Source: Betaproteobacteria bacterium (lineage in GTDB: Bacteria; Pseudomonadota; Gammaproteobacteria; Burkholderiales; Thiobacteraceae). Taken from it: DNA of 64,000 nucleotides. The stretch is taken from contig JANYAU010000115.1 of assembly GCA_025361165.1 (NCBI GenBank), forward strand, positions 836 through 64,835, in the 5' to 3' direction. Every line of letters begins with the position of its first letter. The first letter of the stretch is position 1. The position numbers and the translations under genes were made by a program. Shown in pieces: positions 14,160 to 23,962 of the stretch. Below the pieces are notes generated by a model. That model was not told the DNA's origin and ran no database searches. It saw only the letters and a program-made list of their open reading frames with translations.

Positions 14160-14978
14160 CTAGGGCTGCGTATTTGCACTCTCGCGTAAAGTCGAGCGCT
14201 CAGTCCAATTATCTTCGGGCAAAAATTCGGCGTCATCAATCGTTTTCTGCGCTTCGGTTTTACGCCCCAGCGCCGCCAGAATCGCCGCCTTGAGCACGAG
14301 CGAACTGCGGTTCTCCGCGTCCAATTGCAAACCTGCATCCACCACCTCTAGCGCGGCCTGATACTGGTTGCTGATATAGAAGCAAATGCCGAGGTTGTGA
14401 TAGGCCTTTTGATAGCTGGGGTCGAGCTCGATGGCGGTAGCGAAGTGCGTCACTGCCAAGTCACATCGCTGGCGTTTGGCAAAGACTACGCCGAGATCGT
14501 CGTGCGCTTCGGCATTGTGGGCATCCAATGCCACTGCGCGCTTGAGGTCCTGTTCGGCGGCATCCAGATCGCCTTTCCAGATAAGGCGCACGCCGCGCTT
14601 GGTATAAGCTACCGAGCTGTCCTGATGGCGCTGGATATATACCCCGAGATCCGCGATGCTCGCGTCGAGAAACCCTAGACGCGCCAGCGCCATACCGCGC
14701 CCAAAATACGCCGCATCCTGTTGCGGGTCGATGCGCAGCGCGCTCGAAAAATCGTCGACCGCATGCTGTAAGTCGTTGAGCAAATAGTACGCTTCAGCGC
14801 GTTGCACATAGTGCGCCGCGCGCTGTGGTTCCTTGGCGATCAGTTGATCCTGCTGCCGGATGGCTGCTTCGGCCGCTTCCCGGGTTTTGAGTTCGGCTAT
14901 GGCGGCAGTGGGCGCCAGAAACAAAAGAGCCACAGCTAACAGTAGAGGCTTTTGCGCTAAATGTTTGAAAAATGACAT
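14160..14978 (-). CDS. TPR-repeat protein with signal peptide
   Basis: 272 aa, with an N-terminal signal sequence and repeated A..Y...G/A..A...F TPR pattern. Confidence 0.8.
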   Translation of the reverse strand: MSFFKHLAQKPLLLAVALLFLAPTAAIAELKTREAAEAAIRQQDQLIAKEPQRAAHYVQRAEAYYLLNDLQHAVDDFSSALRIDPQQDAAYFGRGMALARLGFLDASIADLGVYIQRHQDSSVAYTKRGVRLIWKGDLDAAEQDLKRAVALDAHNAEAHDDLGVVFAKRQRCDLAVTHFATAIELDPSYQKAYHNLGICFYISNQYQAALEVVDAGLQLDAENRSSLVLKAAILAALGRKTEAQKTIDDAEFLPEDNWTERSTLRESANTQP

Positions 14979-15084
14979 GCTACTCCCCGGCTTTGATGTA
15001 AGACGCAGCGGGTGCGGAGTTTATTCCCGCTTTAAACTGCCATGCGCCAATTAGCGCGAAGCCGTATAATTAAGCCTTTTCCCT

Positions 15085-16815
15085 ATGTCCGACATTAAAT
15101 CACATCTTACCGAATTACTTGCCGCTGCGCTGGCCGCCATCGGCTCCGACTTGCCGCGTGCCGCTATTGAGCTGACGCGCACCAAGCAAGTGGCGCATGG
15201 GGATTTCGCGTGCAATGCGGCGATGCAGTTGGCGAAATCCCTGAAGCGCAATCCACGCCAGGTGGCGAAAGATATCGTCGACGCGTTGCCGCCGTCACCG
15301 TGGGTGGAAAAAACCGAAATCGCCGGCGCGGGCTTCATCAATTTTTTTCTGAGTAACGCCTCCAAGCAACGTGTCGTTTCCGAGATTCTCAACGCAGGCC
15401 ATGCCTTCGGCCGAGCGCCATCAAACGGCCAACGCGTGCAGGTGGAATTTGTCTCCGCTAATCCTACCGGCCCGCTACACGTCGGGCATGGACGCGGCGC
15501 GGCTTTCGGCGCGTCCTTGTGCAATGTGCTCGCCGCCGCCGGCTATGAAGTTGCGCGCGAATATTATGTGAACGATGCCGGACGCCAAATGGATATTTTG
15601 GCGCTCTCGACCTGGCTGCGCTACTTGGAACTCAGCGGCATCAATGTGCCATTCCCGCCCAATGCTTATCAGGGGGATTACGTCCGCGACATGGCAAAGC
15701 TGGTGCAGGTGGCGCACGCTGACCGCTATGTGCACGAGCCGTGGCGCGTGTTGGATGGCGCGCCCACGGTCGAAGAGGATAAAGACGGCCACCTCGATCA
15801 ATTGATCGCCAACGCAAAAACGCTGCTGGGTGAGGATTACGCGTACATCCATAACTTGGTGCTCACCGAGCAACTCGGCGATTGCCGCAACGACCTCACC
15901 GAATTTGGCGTAACCTTCGACACCTGGTTCTCGGAAAAATCCTTGTTCGATAGCGCGTTGGTGGACAAGGCGCTGGCCAAGCTCGAACAGAACGGCTATC
16001 TCTATAAACAAGACGGCGCGACCTGGTTCCGTTCCACGCAATTCGGCGATGAAAAAGACCGGGTAGTGAAACGCGAGAACGGCCAGTTCACTTATTTCGC
16101 TTCCGACATCGCCTATCACCTGAATAAATTCGAGCGCGGTTTCGATCAAGCGATCGACATCTGGGGCGCGGATCATCACGGTTACATCGCACGGGTGAAA
16201 GGCGCGCTTACGGCGATGGGCCTCGATGCAGAAAAGCTCGTCATTTCCTTAGTGCAGTTCGCGGTGCTATATCGCGGCGGCGAAAAGGTCTCGATGTCCA
16301 CCCGCTCCGGCGATTTCGTCACCTTACGCGAACTGCGTAGTGAAGTCGGCAACGATGCGGCGCGTTTTTTCTACGTGCTGCGCAAGAGCGATCAGCATCT
16401 GGATTTCGACCTCGATCTCGCCACCTCGCAAAGCAACGACAATCCGGTGTATTACATCCAATATGCTTATGCACGGTGTTGTTCGGTGCTCGCAAAATGG
16501 GGGGGCGATAGCGCGATGTTGGGCCAGGTGGCGGAACTCGCCCGCCTCGCCACACCCTATGAACTAGATTTATTGCAGCACCTCGAAGCTTACCCGGAGT
16601 CGGTGGAGGTCGCGGCGCGGGAACTTGCGCCGCATCATATTGCCTACTACTTGAGGGAATTGGCGGGGAGTTTCCATAGCTACTATAATGCTGAGCAATT
16701 CCTGGTAGAAGACGAGTCAACGCGTTTTGCACGCCTGGCTTTAGTGAACGCAACCCGCCAAGCGCTCAAGAATGGACTTGAGTTGTTAGGCGTTTCCGCA
16801 CCCGAGAAAATGTGA
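15085..16815 (+). CDS. argS: arginine--tRNA ligase
   Basis: 576 aa with ANPTGPLHVGHGR (HIGH motif) and a class I ArgRS C-terminal anticodon-binding domain. Confidence 0.97.
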   Translation: MSDIKSHLTELLAAALAAIGSDLPRAAIELTRTKQVAHGDFACNAAMQLAKSLKRNPRQVAKDIVDALPPSPWVEKTEIAGAGFINFFLSNASKQRVVSEILNAGHAFGRAPSNGQRVQVEFVSANPTGPLHVGHGRGAAFGASLCNVLAAAGYEVAREYYVNDAGRQMDILALSTWLRYLELSGINVPFPPNAYQGDYVRDMAKLVQVAHADRYVHEPWRVLDGAPTVEEDKDGHLDQLIANAKTLLGEDYAYIHNLVLTEQLGDCRNDLTEFGVTFDTWFSEKSLFDSALVDKALAKLEQNGYLYKQDGATWFRSTQFGDEKDRVVKRENGQFTYFASDIAYHLNKFERGFDQAIDIWGADHHGYIARVKGALTAMGLDAEKLVISLVQFAVLYRGGEKVSMSTRSGDFVTLRELRSEVGNDAARFFYVLRKSDQHLDFDLDLATSQSNDNPVYYIQYAYARCCSVLAKWGGDSAMLGQVAELARLATPYELDLLQHLEAYPESVEVAARELAPHHIAYYLRELAGSFHSYYNAEQFLVEDESTRFARLALVNATRQALKNGLELLGVSAPEKM

Positions 16816-16816
16816 G

Positions 16817-17392
16817 ATGGCTATTAATCGCGACTACAAAAAAAGAGTTACCGACGGTTTCAAATCCAACAACCCGATGGTCACCGGCATCGTGATCGGC
16901 GTCTTGATCGGTCTGGCGATCGCGTTGATGGTGGCGCTCTATATCAACGCTGCTCCTAGCCCGTTTAGGCAACAGGCAAGCACATCTGCCGCAGGCAAAG
17001 CGGCGGCGAGCCCCAATGGGCAAAAGCCGAACGCGAAAGCAGAGTCGCAGAAAAACCGCTTCACCTATTACGACATCCTCCCCGGCACTGAGCGGCCAGT
17101 GACGGAACAGGAAATCAAGCAAGCCCCGCAAGGCAGCAAAGATCAGTATTACTTGCAAGCAGGGTCGTTCCCAAACGAGACCGATGCGAACAACCTCAAA
17201 GCCAAGCTCGCGTTGATGGGTATCGAAGCCACCATCCAGACGGTCAGCGTGCCGGATAAGGGCGTGTGGCACCGGGTACGCGTTGGCCCATTTAGTGATG
17301 CCGAAGACATGAACACAGCACGTACCACGCTGGCGCAAAACGGCATGCAACCTAGTTTGATTAAAGTGCAAACCACGCCCGCCAAAAACTAA
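16817..17392 (+). CDS. SPOR domain-containing cell division protein
   Basis: 191 aa: N-terminal TM, a low-complexity linker and a C-terminal SPOR-like domain (YYLQAGSF...A..L.A.L...G). Confidence 0.8.
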   Translation: MAINRDYKKRVTDGFKSNNPMVTGIVIGVLIGLAIALMVALYINAAPSPFRQQASTSAAGKAAASPNGQKPNAKAESQKNRFTYYDILPGTERPVTEQEIKQAPQGSKDQYYLQAGSFPNETDANNLKAKLALMGIEATIQTVSVPDKGVWHRVRVGPFSDAEDMNTARTTLAQNGMQPSLIKVQTTPAKN

Positions 17393-17398
17393 GGACTC

Positions 17399-18040
17399 AT
17401 GATGCTTACTCGCCGTCATTTTTTGTTCACCGCTGCCGCGTTGCCCTTTATTCCCGGCGCAGCGCACGCGCTGACCCCAGGCAAAGAATATCTGCTGGTG
17501 CAACCGCCGCTCAAAACCTTGGATCCAAAGCGCGTCGAAGTGCTGGAATTTTTCTGGTATGGTTGTCCTCATTGCTTCGCGCTGGAGCCGGATATCCATG
17601 CGTGGGTAAAAACCTTACCCAAGAACGCCTACTTTCGCCGCGTGCCGGCGGTATTTCCCCTAACCCCGCATTGGATGCCGCTCGCACGCGCCTACTACGC
17701 CGCGGAGATGCTGGGCTTGGCGGAGAAACTGCACTATGACATTTTTAACGGTATCCACTTGTCGGGGCAGAATCTCAATGACAAGGAAACACTGCTCAAT
17801 TTTGTGCAGAAGCTCGGTGTGAATCGCAAGCAGTTCGGCCAAGCGCTGGATTCGCCGGAAGTCCAAAACCGCGTGGCGGAGGCTCAGAAGCTGAGCGTCG
17901 CTGCCGGTATACAAGGCGTGCCGGCGCTAGTGATAGATGGCAAATACCAAACTTCGGTGACCCAAACCGGCAGCCCGGAAAAGCTTTTCGCCACGCTAAA
18001 CGAATTGATTTCCCAAGCCCAGCAAAGCAAGAAACGCTAG
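17399..18040 (+). CDS. dsbA: thiol:disulfide interchange protein DsbA
   Basis: 213 aa with a signal peptide and the CPHC active site. Confidence 0.92.
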   Translation: MMLTRRHFLFTAAALPFIPGAAHALTPGKEYLLVQPPLKTLDPKRVEVLEFFWYGCPHCFALEPDIHAWVKTLPKNAYFRRVPAVFPLTPHWMPLARAYYAAEMLGLAEKLHYDIFNGIHLSGQNLNDKETLLNFVQKLGVNRKQFGQALDSPEVQNRVAEAQKLSVAAGIQGVPALVIDGKYQTSVTQTGSPEKLFATLNELISQAQQSKKR

Positions 18041-18081
18041 CCCGCGAAGCCGGCAGCGCCATAATAAAGCGAGCTCATAAA

Positions 18082-18720
18082 TTGACCATTAGCGTCGTAG
18101 TAGTAGACGACCATCCGCTGTTTCGCAAGGGCTTGGAGCATTTGCTCACAGCGTCGGCGGAAGTGAAAATCGCTGCTCAGTTTGCTGATATCGAGAGCAC
18201 CCGCGCGTGGTTGGCGGCCAAGGGCACTGCCGATGTCGTGTTGCTCGATCGCAGTCTGCGCGATGCCGACGGCTTGGCTTTGGTACCGGATTTTAAAGCG
18301 CGCGGCATCAAGGTCATCATGCTTACCATCGCTGAGGAAGATCACGAGATTCGCGACGCCATCGAGCGTGGTGTCGATGGGTATATTCTGAAATCCAGCG
18401 AGCCGGAACAAATTATCCAAGCTATTCACTCGGTACACGGCGGCAATAGCATGTTGCCTTCGCACATCATGCAAAAAATGGCGCGTGGCGAATTGATGCA
18501 AGGCGCTTTCGATAAGCTATCGCAGCGTGAACTGGAGATTGTCAGCTATGTTGCACGCGGCCTTTCCAATCGCGCGATTGGCGAAACCCTAGGGCTCTCC
18601 GAAAACACTGTGCGCAATCATTTGCGCAGCATTCTCGACAAGCTCGGCCTGAAAAACCGGGTCCAAGTCGCCACTCTTGCCTTGAAGCAAGGTCTTTTCC
18701 GGCACCCGGATAAAGTATAA
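18082..18720 (+). CDS. NarL/FixJ (LuxR-type HTH) response regulator
   Basis: 212 aa with a receiver domain (VVVVDDHPLFR...D) and a C-terminal LuxR HTH (LSQRELEIVSYVARGLSNRAIGETLGLSENTVRNH). Confidence 0.92.
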   Translation: MTISVVVVDDHPLFRKGLEHLLTASAEVKIAAQFADIESTRAWLAAKGTADVVLLDRSLRDADGLALVPDFKARGIKVIMLTIAEEDHEIRDAIERGVDGYILKSSEPEQIIQAIHSVHGGNSMLPSHIMQKMARGELMQGAFDKLSQRELEIVSYVARGLSNRAIGETLGLSENTVRNHLRSILDKLGLKNRVQVATLALKQGLFRHPDKV

Positions 18721-18830
18721 TTCTTAGTACCTTTAGACTTTTATGATGGTTAAAAAGTACTAGACGAATTGGACGTTTATGTTACACTGCGCCTGCAAGT
18801 GTGATGCTTGTTTCTGTTCAATAGCGCTTA

Positions 18831-18859
18831 AGCCCCGACTTCCCTCGGGGCTTTTTTTT
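18831..18859 (+). terminator. rho-independent terminator
   Basis: 8-bp stem AGCCCCGA/TCGGGGCT, loop CTTCCC, then a run of 8 T. It lies about 110 nt downstream of the response-regulator stop. Confidence 0.8.
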
Positions 18860-19140
18860 GGCCCTAAGGCTGCTTCGCATTAAGCTTCGGTGGCCGCCGC
18901 CGCTAAATCCTCATCTAATTGACTGGTGGTTTGGCCTGTGCCAGCAGCGCTATTAAACGCCTGGCGCAACTTCTGCAAGTAAGGTCCGCCAAATCAAACA
19001 ATAGTTGCGTGGGCTAGTGGCGGAATTCCGTTTTACACGCTCCGGCTTGCGCTACACTGCAATTGGGGCTGCTGCAGACTAAGTGCGCCATCTGAACGCG
19101 GCACTTAATCGAGGCTGAGCAATACACTCATGAGGGCAAA

Positions 19141-20775
19141 ATGCGCGCTGCTACTTTATTTGTAAAATGCCTGGAAGCAGAAGGCGTGGAATTTATCTAC
19201 GGTATCCCTGGCGAGGAAAACCTCGACATCATGGATGCGTTGTTGGATTCGCCCATCACTTTTATCACCACGCGCCACGAGCAGGGTGCCGCCTTCATGG
19301 CGGATGTGCAAGGCCGCCTCACCGGCAAAGCCGGGGTGTGCTTGGCCACCCTCGGGCCAGGTGCGACCAATCTGGTCACTGGCGTCGCCGATGCCAATAT
19401 GGATCACGCGCCGGTAGTCGCCATCGCGGGCCAAGCGCCGACCAATCGCCTACATAAGGAATCGCACCAAGTGCTGGATCTGGTAAATTTATTCCAGCCT
19501 ATCACGCGCTACGCCTCGCAAATTCTCAACCCCGAGGTGATTCCCGAGGTGGTGCGCAAGGCGTTCAAGGTAGCGCAGGGCGCGAAGCCCGGTGCAGCAT
19601 TTATCGACTTTCCCGAGAACATCGCAAGAATTGAAGATATCGGTCTCAAACCGATTCTGCCACGTCCGGTTACCACGCCCTATCCCTCCGAAGTGCGGCT
19701 GGTGGCGGTGGCGAAGATCATCAGCGACGCCGAGTTCCCGCTGATACTTGCAGGCAATGGGCTGGTGCGCGCCAATGCTTGCGATGCTTTGGTGGCTTTT
19801 GCTGAAAAACTCAATATCCCGGTCGCCACCACTTTTATGGCGAAGGGTGCGATACCTTCTTCGCATCCCTTGAGCTTGGGTACGGTCGGATTGCAAGCGC
19901 ACGACTACGTTTCCTGCGGTTTCGACCGCGCGGATGTGGTGATCTGCGTCGGCTACGACTTAGTGGAATATCCGCCTAAGTTGTGGCACCAAACCGGCGA
20001 CCGCAAAATCATCCACATCGATACGCTGCCAGCGGAAGTCGATGCTTATTACAATCTTACTGACGGCGTACTGGGAGACTTTAATGTCACGTTGTCGGAG
20101 CTTGCGAAGCGTGCGTCGCACCACCGCAACAATGGGTATGAGAGTCTGCGCACCGCGATTCTGCATGAGTTGCATGATATGGATGACGACCCGGGATTCC
20201 CAGTCAAACCGCAGCGGATTATCGCCGACTTGCGCCGCGCTTTAGCCCCGGACGACATCGTGATTTGCGACGTGGGCGCGCACAAAATGTGGATGGCGCG
20301 TATGTTTCCGTGCGAAAAGCCCAACACCTGCATCATTTCTAATGGTTTTGCCAGCATGGGTATCGCGGTACCCGGCGCGGTTGCCGCCAAACTGAATTTT
20401 CCGAATCGCAAAGTCGTCGCGGTCACGGGCGATGCCGGGTTCCTGATGAACTCGCAGGAAATAGAAACTGCCATGCGGGTACAAACGCCGTTCGTGATTT
20501 TAATTTGGAACGACGCGAGCTATGGCTTGATCGAATGGAAGCAGCAAAATAATTTTGGACGCTTATCCAACGTAAAATTCAACAACCCCGATTTTGTGAA
20601 GTACGCAGAAGCCTTCGGCGCCACCGGCTACCGCATCACCCGCGCCGAAGATTTGTTACCCACGCTGACCCAGGCGCTGCAACAAAATACAGTGACGATT
20701 ATCGATTGCCCGGTGGATTACAGCGAAAATTTAAAGCTGACCGCCAAATTGGGTGAGATGGTTTGTCCGATTTAG
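19141..20775 (+). CDS. thiamine-diphosphate-dependent acetolactate synthase-like enzyme (large subunit type)
   Basis: 544 aa with N-terminal GIPGEENLDIMDAL...RHEQGAAFMA and a ThDP motif GDAGFLMNSQEIET. No small-subunit gene is adjacent. Confidence 0.88.
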   Translation: MRAATLFVKCLEAEGVEFIYGIPGEENLDIMDALLDSPITFITTRHEQGAAFMADVQGRLTGKAGVCLATLGPGATNLVTGVADANMDHAPVVAIAGQAPTNRLHKESHQVLDLVNLFQPITRYASQILNPEVIPEVVRKAFKVAQGAKPGAAFIDFPENIARIEDIGLKPILPRPVTTPYPSEVRLVAVAKIISDAEFPLILAGNGLVRANACDALVAFAEKLNIPVATTFMAKGAIPSSHPLSLGTVGLQAHDYVSCGFDRADVVICVGYDLVEYPPKLWHQTGDRKIIHIDTLPAEVDAYYNLTDGVLGDFNVTLSELAKRASHHRNNGYESLRTAILHELHDMDDDPGFPVKPQRIIADLRRALAPDDIVICDVGAHKMWMARMFPCEKPNTCIISNGFASMGIAVPGAVAAKLNFPNRKVVAVTGDAGFLMNSQEIETAMRVQTPFVILIWNDASYGLIEWKQQNNFGRLSNVKFNNPDFVKYAEAFGATGYRITRAEDLLPTLTQALQQNTVTIIDCPVDYSENLKLTAKLGEMVCPI

Positions 20776-20797
20776 GGCTGGTTTGGATTTCCGGCGG

Positions 20798-21775
20798 CTA
20801 TTTAGCCGCCGCCAGCTTTTCCAGTTCTGGCGCATAGCAGGTAACGCAATTCCGCCCGGCCGCCTTAGAGGCGTAGAGCGCTATGTCAGATTGGTGGGTT
20901 AGGGTGGCATAGCCCGGCATACCGGCATGATGTTCGGTCACCCCCATGCTGATAGTGACCCGAATCGGGGTATCATCAAAGATCACGGGTTCCAATGCAA
21001 CCGCTTCGCGTAGCCGTTCGGCGAATTGACGCGCGCCATCAAGCGGCGTTTCGGGCAAGATGAGCACGAACTCTTCCCCGCCATAACGCCCGATGACGTC
21101 CGATGAGCGCAGCTTATCCCGCACCCGTGCCGCGATTTCCACTAACACCTTGTCGCCTGCCAGGTGGCCATACGTATCATTCACTTTTTTGAAGAAATCC
21201 AAGTCGAATAAAATCATCGAGAACGTGCCGCCATAACGCCGCGTCCGATCAAATTCACTGGAAAGCCGGTTTTCCAGGTAGCGCCGGTTGTAGATGCCGG
21301 TCAGGCCGTCGCGGTTGCTAATCTCGGAAATAGTTTCGAGTGCTTGTTTCAGTAGGTTTTGCGCAATCGCGGTATCGGTTGCATCGAATACCATCACGCA
21401 CACGGCTTCCGGTTTTCCCTGTTCTGCTTTCAACGGTAACAGCATGCAATTTTGGTACATGTGATCCGCGCCGCCGGTAATCGGGCGGTTATGCGCGAAG
21501 CGGAATAGATAAGGCCGGTTTTCCCAGGAAATAAATGCAAAATTATTGAGCAGGAATACCGTGTTCACTTTTTTGGTAAACCACGGTTTGGGCAAATCCG
21601 GAAAAGCTTCGAACAGATTCTTGCCGACGACATCTTCCGTCAAGCGGCCGCTATGGTGCGCCATGAAGTTGTTCCAGAGCTGCACCTCGAAGTTTTTATT
21701 CAACACGAAGATGCCGACATCAACCCATTTGACGACGGTTTCAGCGAGGTTGAAAGAGGGCGCGCTGTCGCTCAT
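20798..21775 (-). CDS. PAS-domain diguanylate cyclase (GGDEF)
   Basis: 325 aa with GGEEF and RxxD-type GGDEF domain features, and an N-terminal PAS-like region. Confidence 0.9.
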   Translation of the reverse strand: MSDSAPSFNLAETVVKWVDVGIFVLNKNFEVQLWNNFMAHHSGRLTEDVVGKNLFEAFPDLPKPWFTKKVNTVFLLNNFAFISWENRPYLFRFAHNRPITGGADHMYQNCMLLPLKAEQGKPEAVCVMVFDATDTAIAQNLLKQALETISEISNRDGLTGIYNRRYLENRLSSEFDRTRRYGGTFSMILFDLDFFKKVNDTYGHLAGDKVLVEIAARVRDKLRSSDVIGRYGGEEFVLILPETPLDGARQFAERLREAVALEPVIFDDTPIRVTISMGVTEHHAGMPGYATLTHQSDIALYASKAAGRNCVTCYAPELEKLAAAK

Positions 21776-21786
21776 GGCAATTTGAT

Positions 21787-22425
21787 TTAGAACGCCGCGA
21801 TAAATTCGTCAATGATGCCGCGGATCTTTTCGATGCCGTCTTCCGGCATGAGCATGGTGAGATGCGCAATGAAGTTCCGGTTCTGGATAGTGAAGTTCAC
21901 TTCCAGCAAGAGCGCGTGACTCCATCGGACTTTTCCCGGATCGATTAACTGTGCCGCCATCACTTGGCGCGCCATGATGGAGGGCATGGAAAAACCGAGT
22001 TCGGTCGAGCCGGTCGTCTCGGTGAATTTGCGAATTTGCTCCATCATGCCACCCAGGCATGCACCCGATAGCACGTTCGCCACATCGAGCAGGAGTTCGG
22101 TTTCGCCGTGTTCACCCAATTCGCCCTCAAAGCCCATTAGATCGGCCAGCGCCTGACAGCCGGGTTCTCCGAAAATGATAATGGCCTCACCCCGCAAATA
22201 ACCTTGAAAAGACTGGCGTGCCGCGCTAACTAAATTATTTTTGCCGACCAGTTCGGCCAATACCGGTGGCAGATCAATGACCGCCACGATGCGGATGCGC
22301 GGCACCGACAAGTCGACGAATTCGTCTAATAGCGTTGCCAGCGACGCCCCGGCCTGACCCATCGCAATGTTGGTCAGTTCTTGTAGTGCATCGTGCTGGT
22401 CGTTAGTGAGGGCAGCTAAATTCAT
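21787..22425 (-). CDS. CheC/CheX-like CheY-P phosphatase family protein
   Basis: 212 aa. The first CheC motif D-x3-E-x2-N-x22-P is seen exactly (DALQELTN + 22 aa + P). The second site is degenerate (ELLLDVAN). Confidence 0.75.
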   Translation of the reverse strand: MNLAALTNDQHDALQELTNIAMGQAGASLATLLDEFVDLSVPRIRIVAVIDLPPVLAELVGKNNLVSAARQSFQGYLRGEAIIIFGEPGCQALADLMGFEGELGEHGETELLLDVANVLSGACLGGMMEQIRKFTETTGSTELGFSMPSIMARQVMAAQLIDPGKVRWSHALLLEVNFTIQNRNFIAHLTMLMPEDGIEKIRGIIDEFIAAF

Positions 22426-22787
22426 ATCACACCATATTGCTTGAGAACGGCGTTCAATACATCTGCCGAAACGGGTTTTTTCACGAAAGCGATTGCCCCC
22501 AAGGACATGACGCGTTCCTGCGCCACCGTTTGAATGTCTGCGGAAACCACGATCACCATGCTGTTGAGTTCCTCTTGGCGCAAAGCTTCCAGCACCTGAA
22601 AGCCGTCCATGTCCGGCATGGTCAGATCGAGAAACATCACGGCGGCTTTGCCTGCGCGATAGGCTGCGATCGCTTCTATACCATTGGCGGCCTGGGAAAT
22701 ATCGACATCCCAGTCGGGTGGTAGCGATTTAATCAGCATCTTGCGCGCCATGGCCGAATCGTCGACGACGAGAATAGGCAGTGACAT
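22422..22787 (-). CDS. CheY-like single-domain response regulator
   Basis: MSLPILVVDDSAMARK...D...K receiver domain. ATG at 22787; the track ORF extends to 22865. It overlaps the next gene by 4 nt. Confidence 0.9.
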   Translation of the reverse strand: MSLPILVVDDSAMARKMLIKSLPPDWDVDISQAANGIEAIAAYRAGKAAVMFLDLTMPDMDGFQVLEALRQEELNSMVIVVSADIQTVAQERVMSLGAIAFVKKPVSADVLNAVLKQYGVI

Positions 22788-22928
22788 GATTATTCCAAGG
22801 ACCCCAAGTTTTCTAAAAGCTTTAACTGTATCGGCATCCAGACTAAGAAGCTTGAGGACTCGCAAACTAGATGGTTCCCCGTACTAAAGTACGGTTTGGC
22901 ATTGACCACGCGCTATTTTTGCATAGCG

Positions 22929-23693
22929 TCAGTCGAAAAACCCAGCTTCCACCAGTTCCAGTACAAGTTTCGCATAGTCCCGTGCACCGGGACTGGACGG
23001 CGCGAAGGCAAACACGTCTTTGGCCTGGGTGGGGCTAGCGGCTAGCGCGACGTTTTCCACTACCCGGGTTTCGCACAATTGCGCGCCATAGCGCTTTTTG
23101 AGTTGGTCGTAAATATCGAACGACAGCTTGCGCCGGGCATCGAAGCGGGTAAGCAAGATGCGTTTTTCGATTTTGCGGTTGAGCGGGCCTTCCAGGGCTT
23201 TCAGTGCCAAATCGAGTTTGTTCACGCTTTGCAGCGATAAAAAATCCGCCGACACGGGCACCAGTATCCGGTCTGCCGCCAGCACTGCGTTCAGCGATAA
23301 CACGCCCAGCGTGGGGCAGCAATCGATCAAAATCGGCACGCCTTGCTGTGCCAGCGATTCATCTAATCCAGTTTTTAATTTGCGTGCGGCGGCGGCGTTT
23401 TTGCTCTGCAGGGCTTCGATTTTGGAGAGCTCCATATGCGCCGGAATCATGCGCACACCGGACTCCAGTTCCCGCATGAGTGCGGGCAAGGGGGTATTGT
23501 CGCGAAAAAAAGCAGCAATGGATTCGTCGCCGGTAATATGGGTGACGCCTAGAGTAAGGGTCAGGTGCGCTTGCGGGTCGAGATCGATGGCGATTGGGCG
23601 TTTACCCATGCGCGCGAGACCTGCTGTCAGATTAAGCGTGGTGGTGGTTTTGCCGACACCGCCTTTTTGATTGAAGATCGCGATGACGGCCAC
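22929..23693 (-). CDS. ParA/MinD-family ATPase (orphan, chemotaxis-cluster type)
   Basis: 254 aa with the deviant Walker A NQKGGVGKTTT. GTG start with a GGAG RBS. Confidence 0.9.
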   Translation of the reverse strand: MAVIAIFNQKGGVGKTTTTLNLTAGLARMGKRPIAIDLDPQAHLTLTLGVTHITGDESIAAFFRDNTPLPALMRELESGVRMIPAHMELSKIEALQSKNAAAARKLKTGLDESLAQQGVPILIDCCPTLGVLSLNAVLAADRILVPVSADFLSLQSVNKLDLALKALEGPLNRKIEKRILLTRFDARRKLSFDIYDQLKKRYGAQLCETRVVENVALAASPTQAKDVFAFAPSSPGARDYAKLVLELVEAGFFD

Positions 23694-23757
23694 GGACTAC
23701 TCCAGCGGAGGGATGGGTGCGCGATGGCGCGATAGAACGGCTTGTTTCAGCTGTTCG

Positions 23758-23900
23758 CACAAAATAAAGTTGGATCGTAAAAACGCGTTAAGTAATTGAC
23801 TCTTATTAACCAGTATTAAATTCGGGAAAAATAAAGTTGTATCGTGAAGCGGCGATCTGATCACAAATATCCCTGGAAACACAAAATAAAGTTGTACCGT
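23758..23900 (+). repeat. three direct 21-bp repeats CACAAAATAAAGTTGKAYCGT (TnsB-binding-site-like), in a Tn7L-type arrangement
   Basis: Copies at 23758-23778, 23825-23845 (first 3 nt differ) and 23880-23900. They resemble the Tn7 sites GACAAAATAGTTGGGAAC and GACAATAAAGTCTTAAAC. Confidence 0.75.
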
Positions 23901-23962
23901 GGCCGTAAGAATAATCTACTTCCTGATGTGGTAGTTACCTGCCTGAAAACAAAATTTCTATT

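Noticed and set aside
18880-18990. Minus-strand open frame reading ...YLQKLRQAFNSAAGTGQTTSQLDEDLAAAATEA-stop
   Set aside because: There is no start codon between it and an upstream in-frame TGA, which leaves only about 37 codons. At most it is a gene remnant.
23758-23900. Three ~21-bp direct repeats considered as a CRISPR array
   Set aside because: There are only three copies, with unequal spacing (67 and 55 bp start to start), non-palindromic repeats and no cas genes. An inverted copy sits at the other end of a 1.9-kb segment next to glmS, which fits transposon ends much better.
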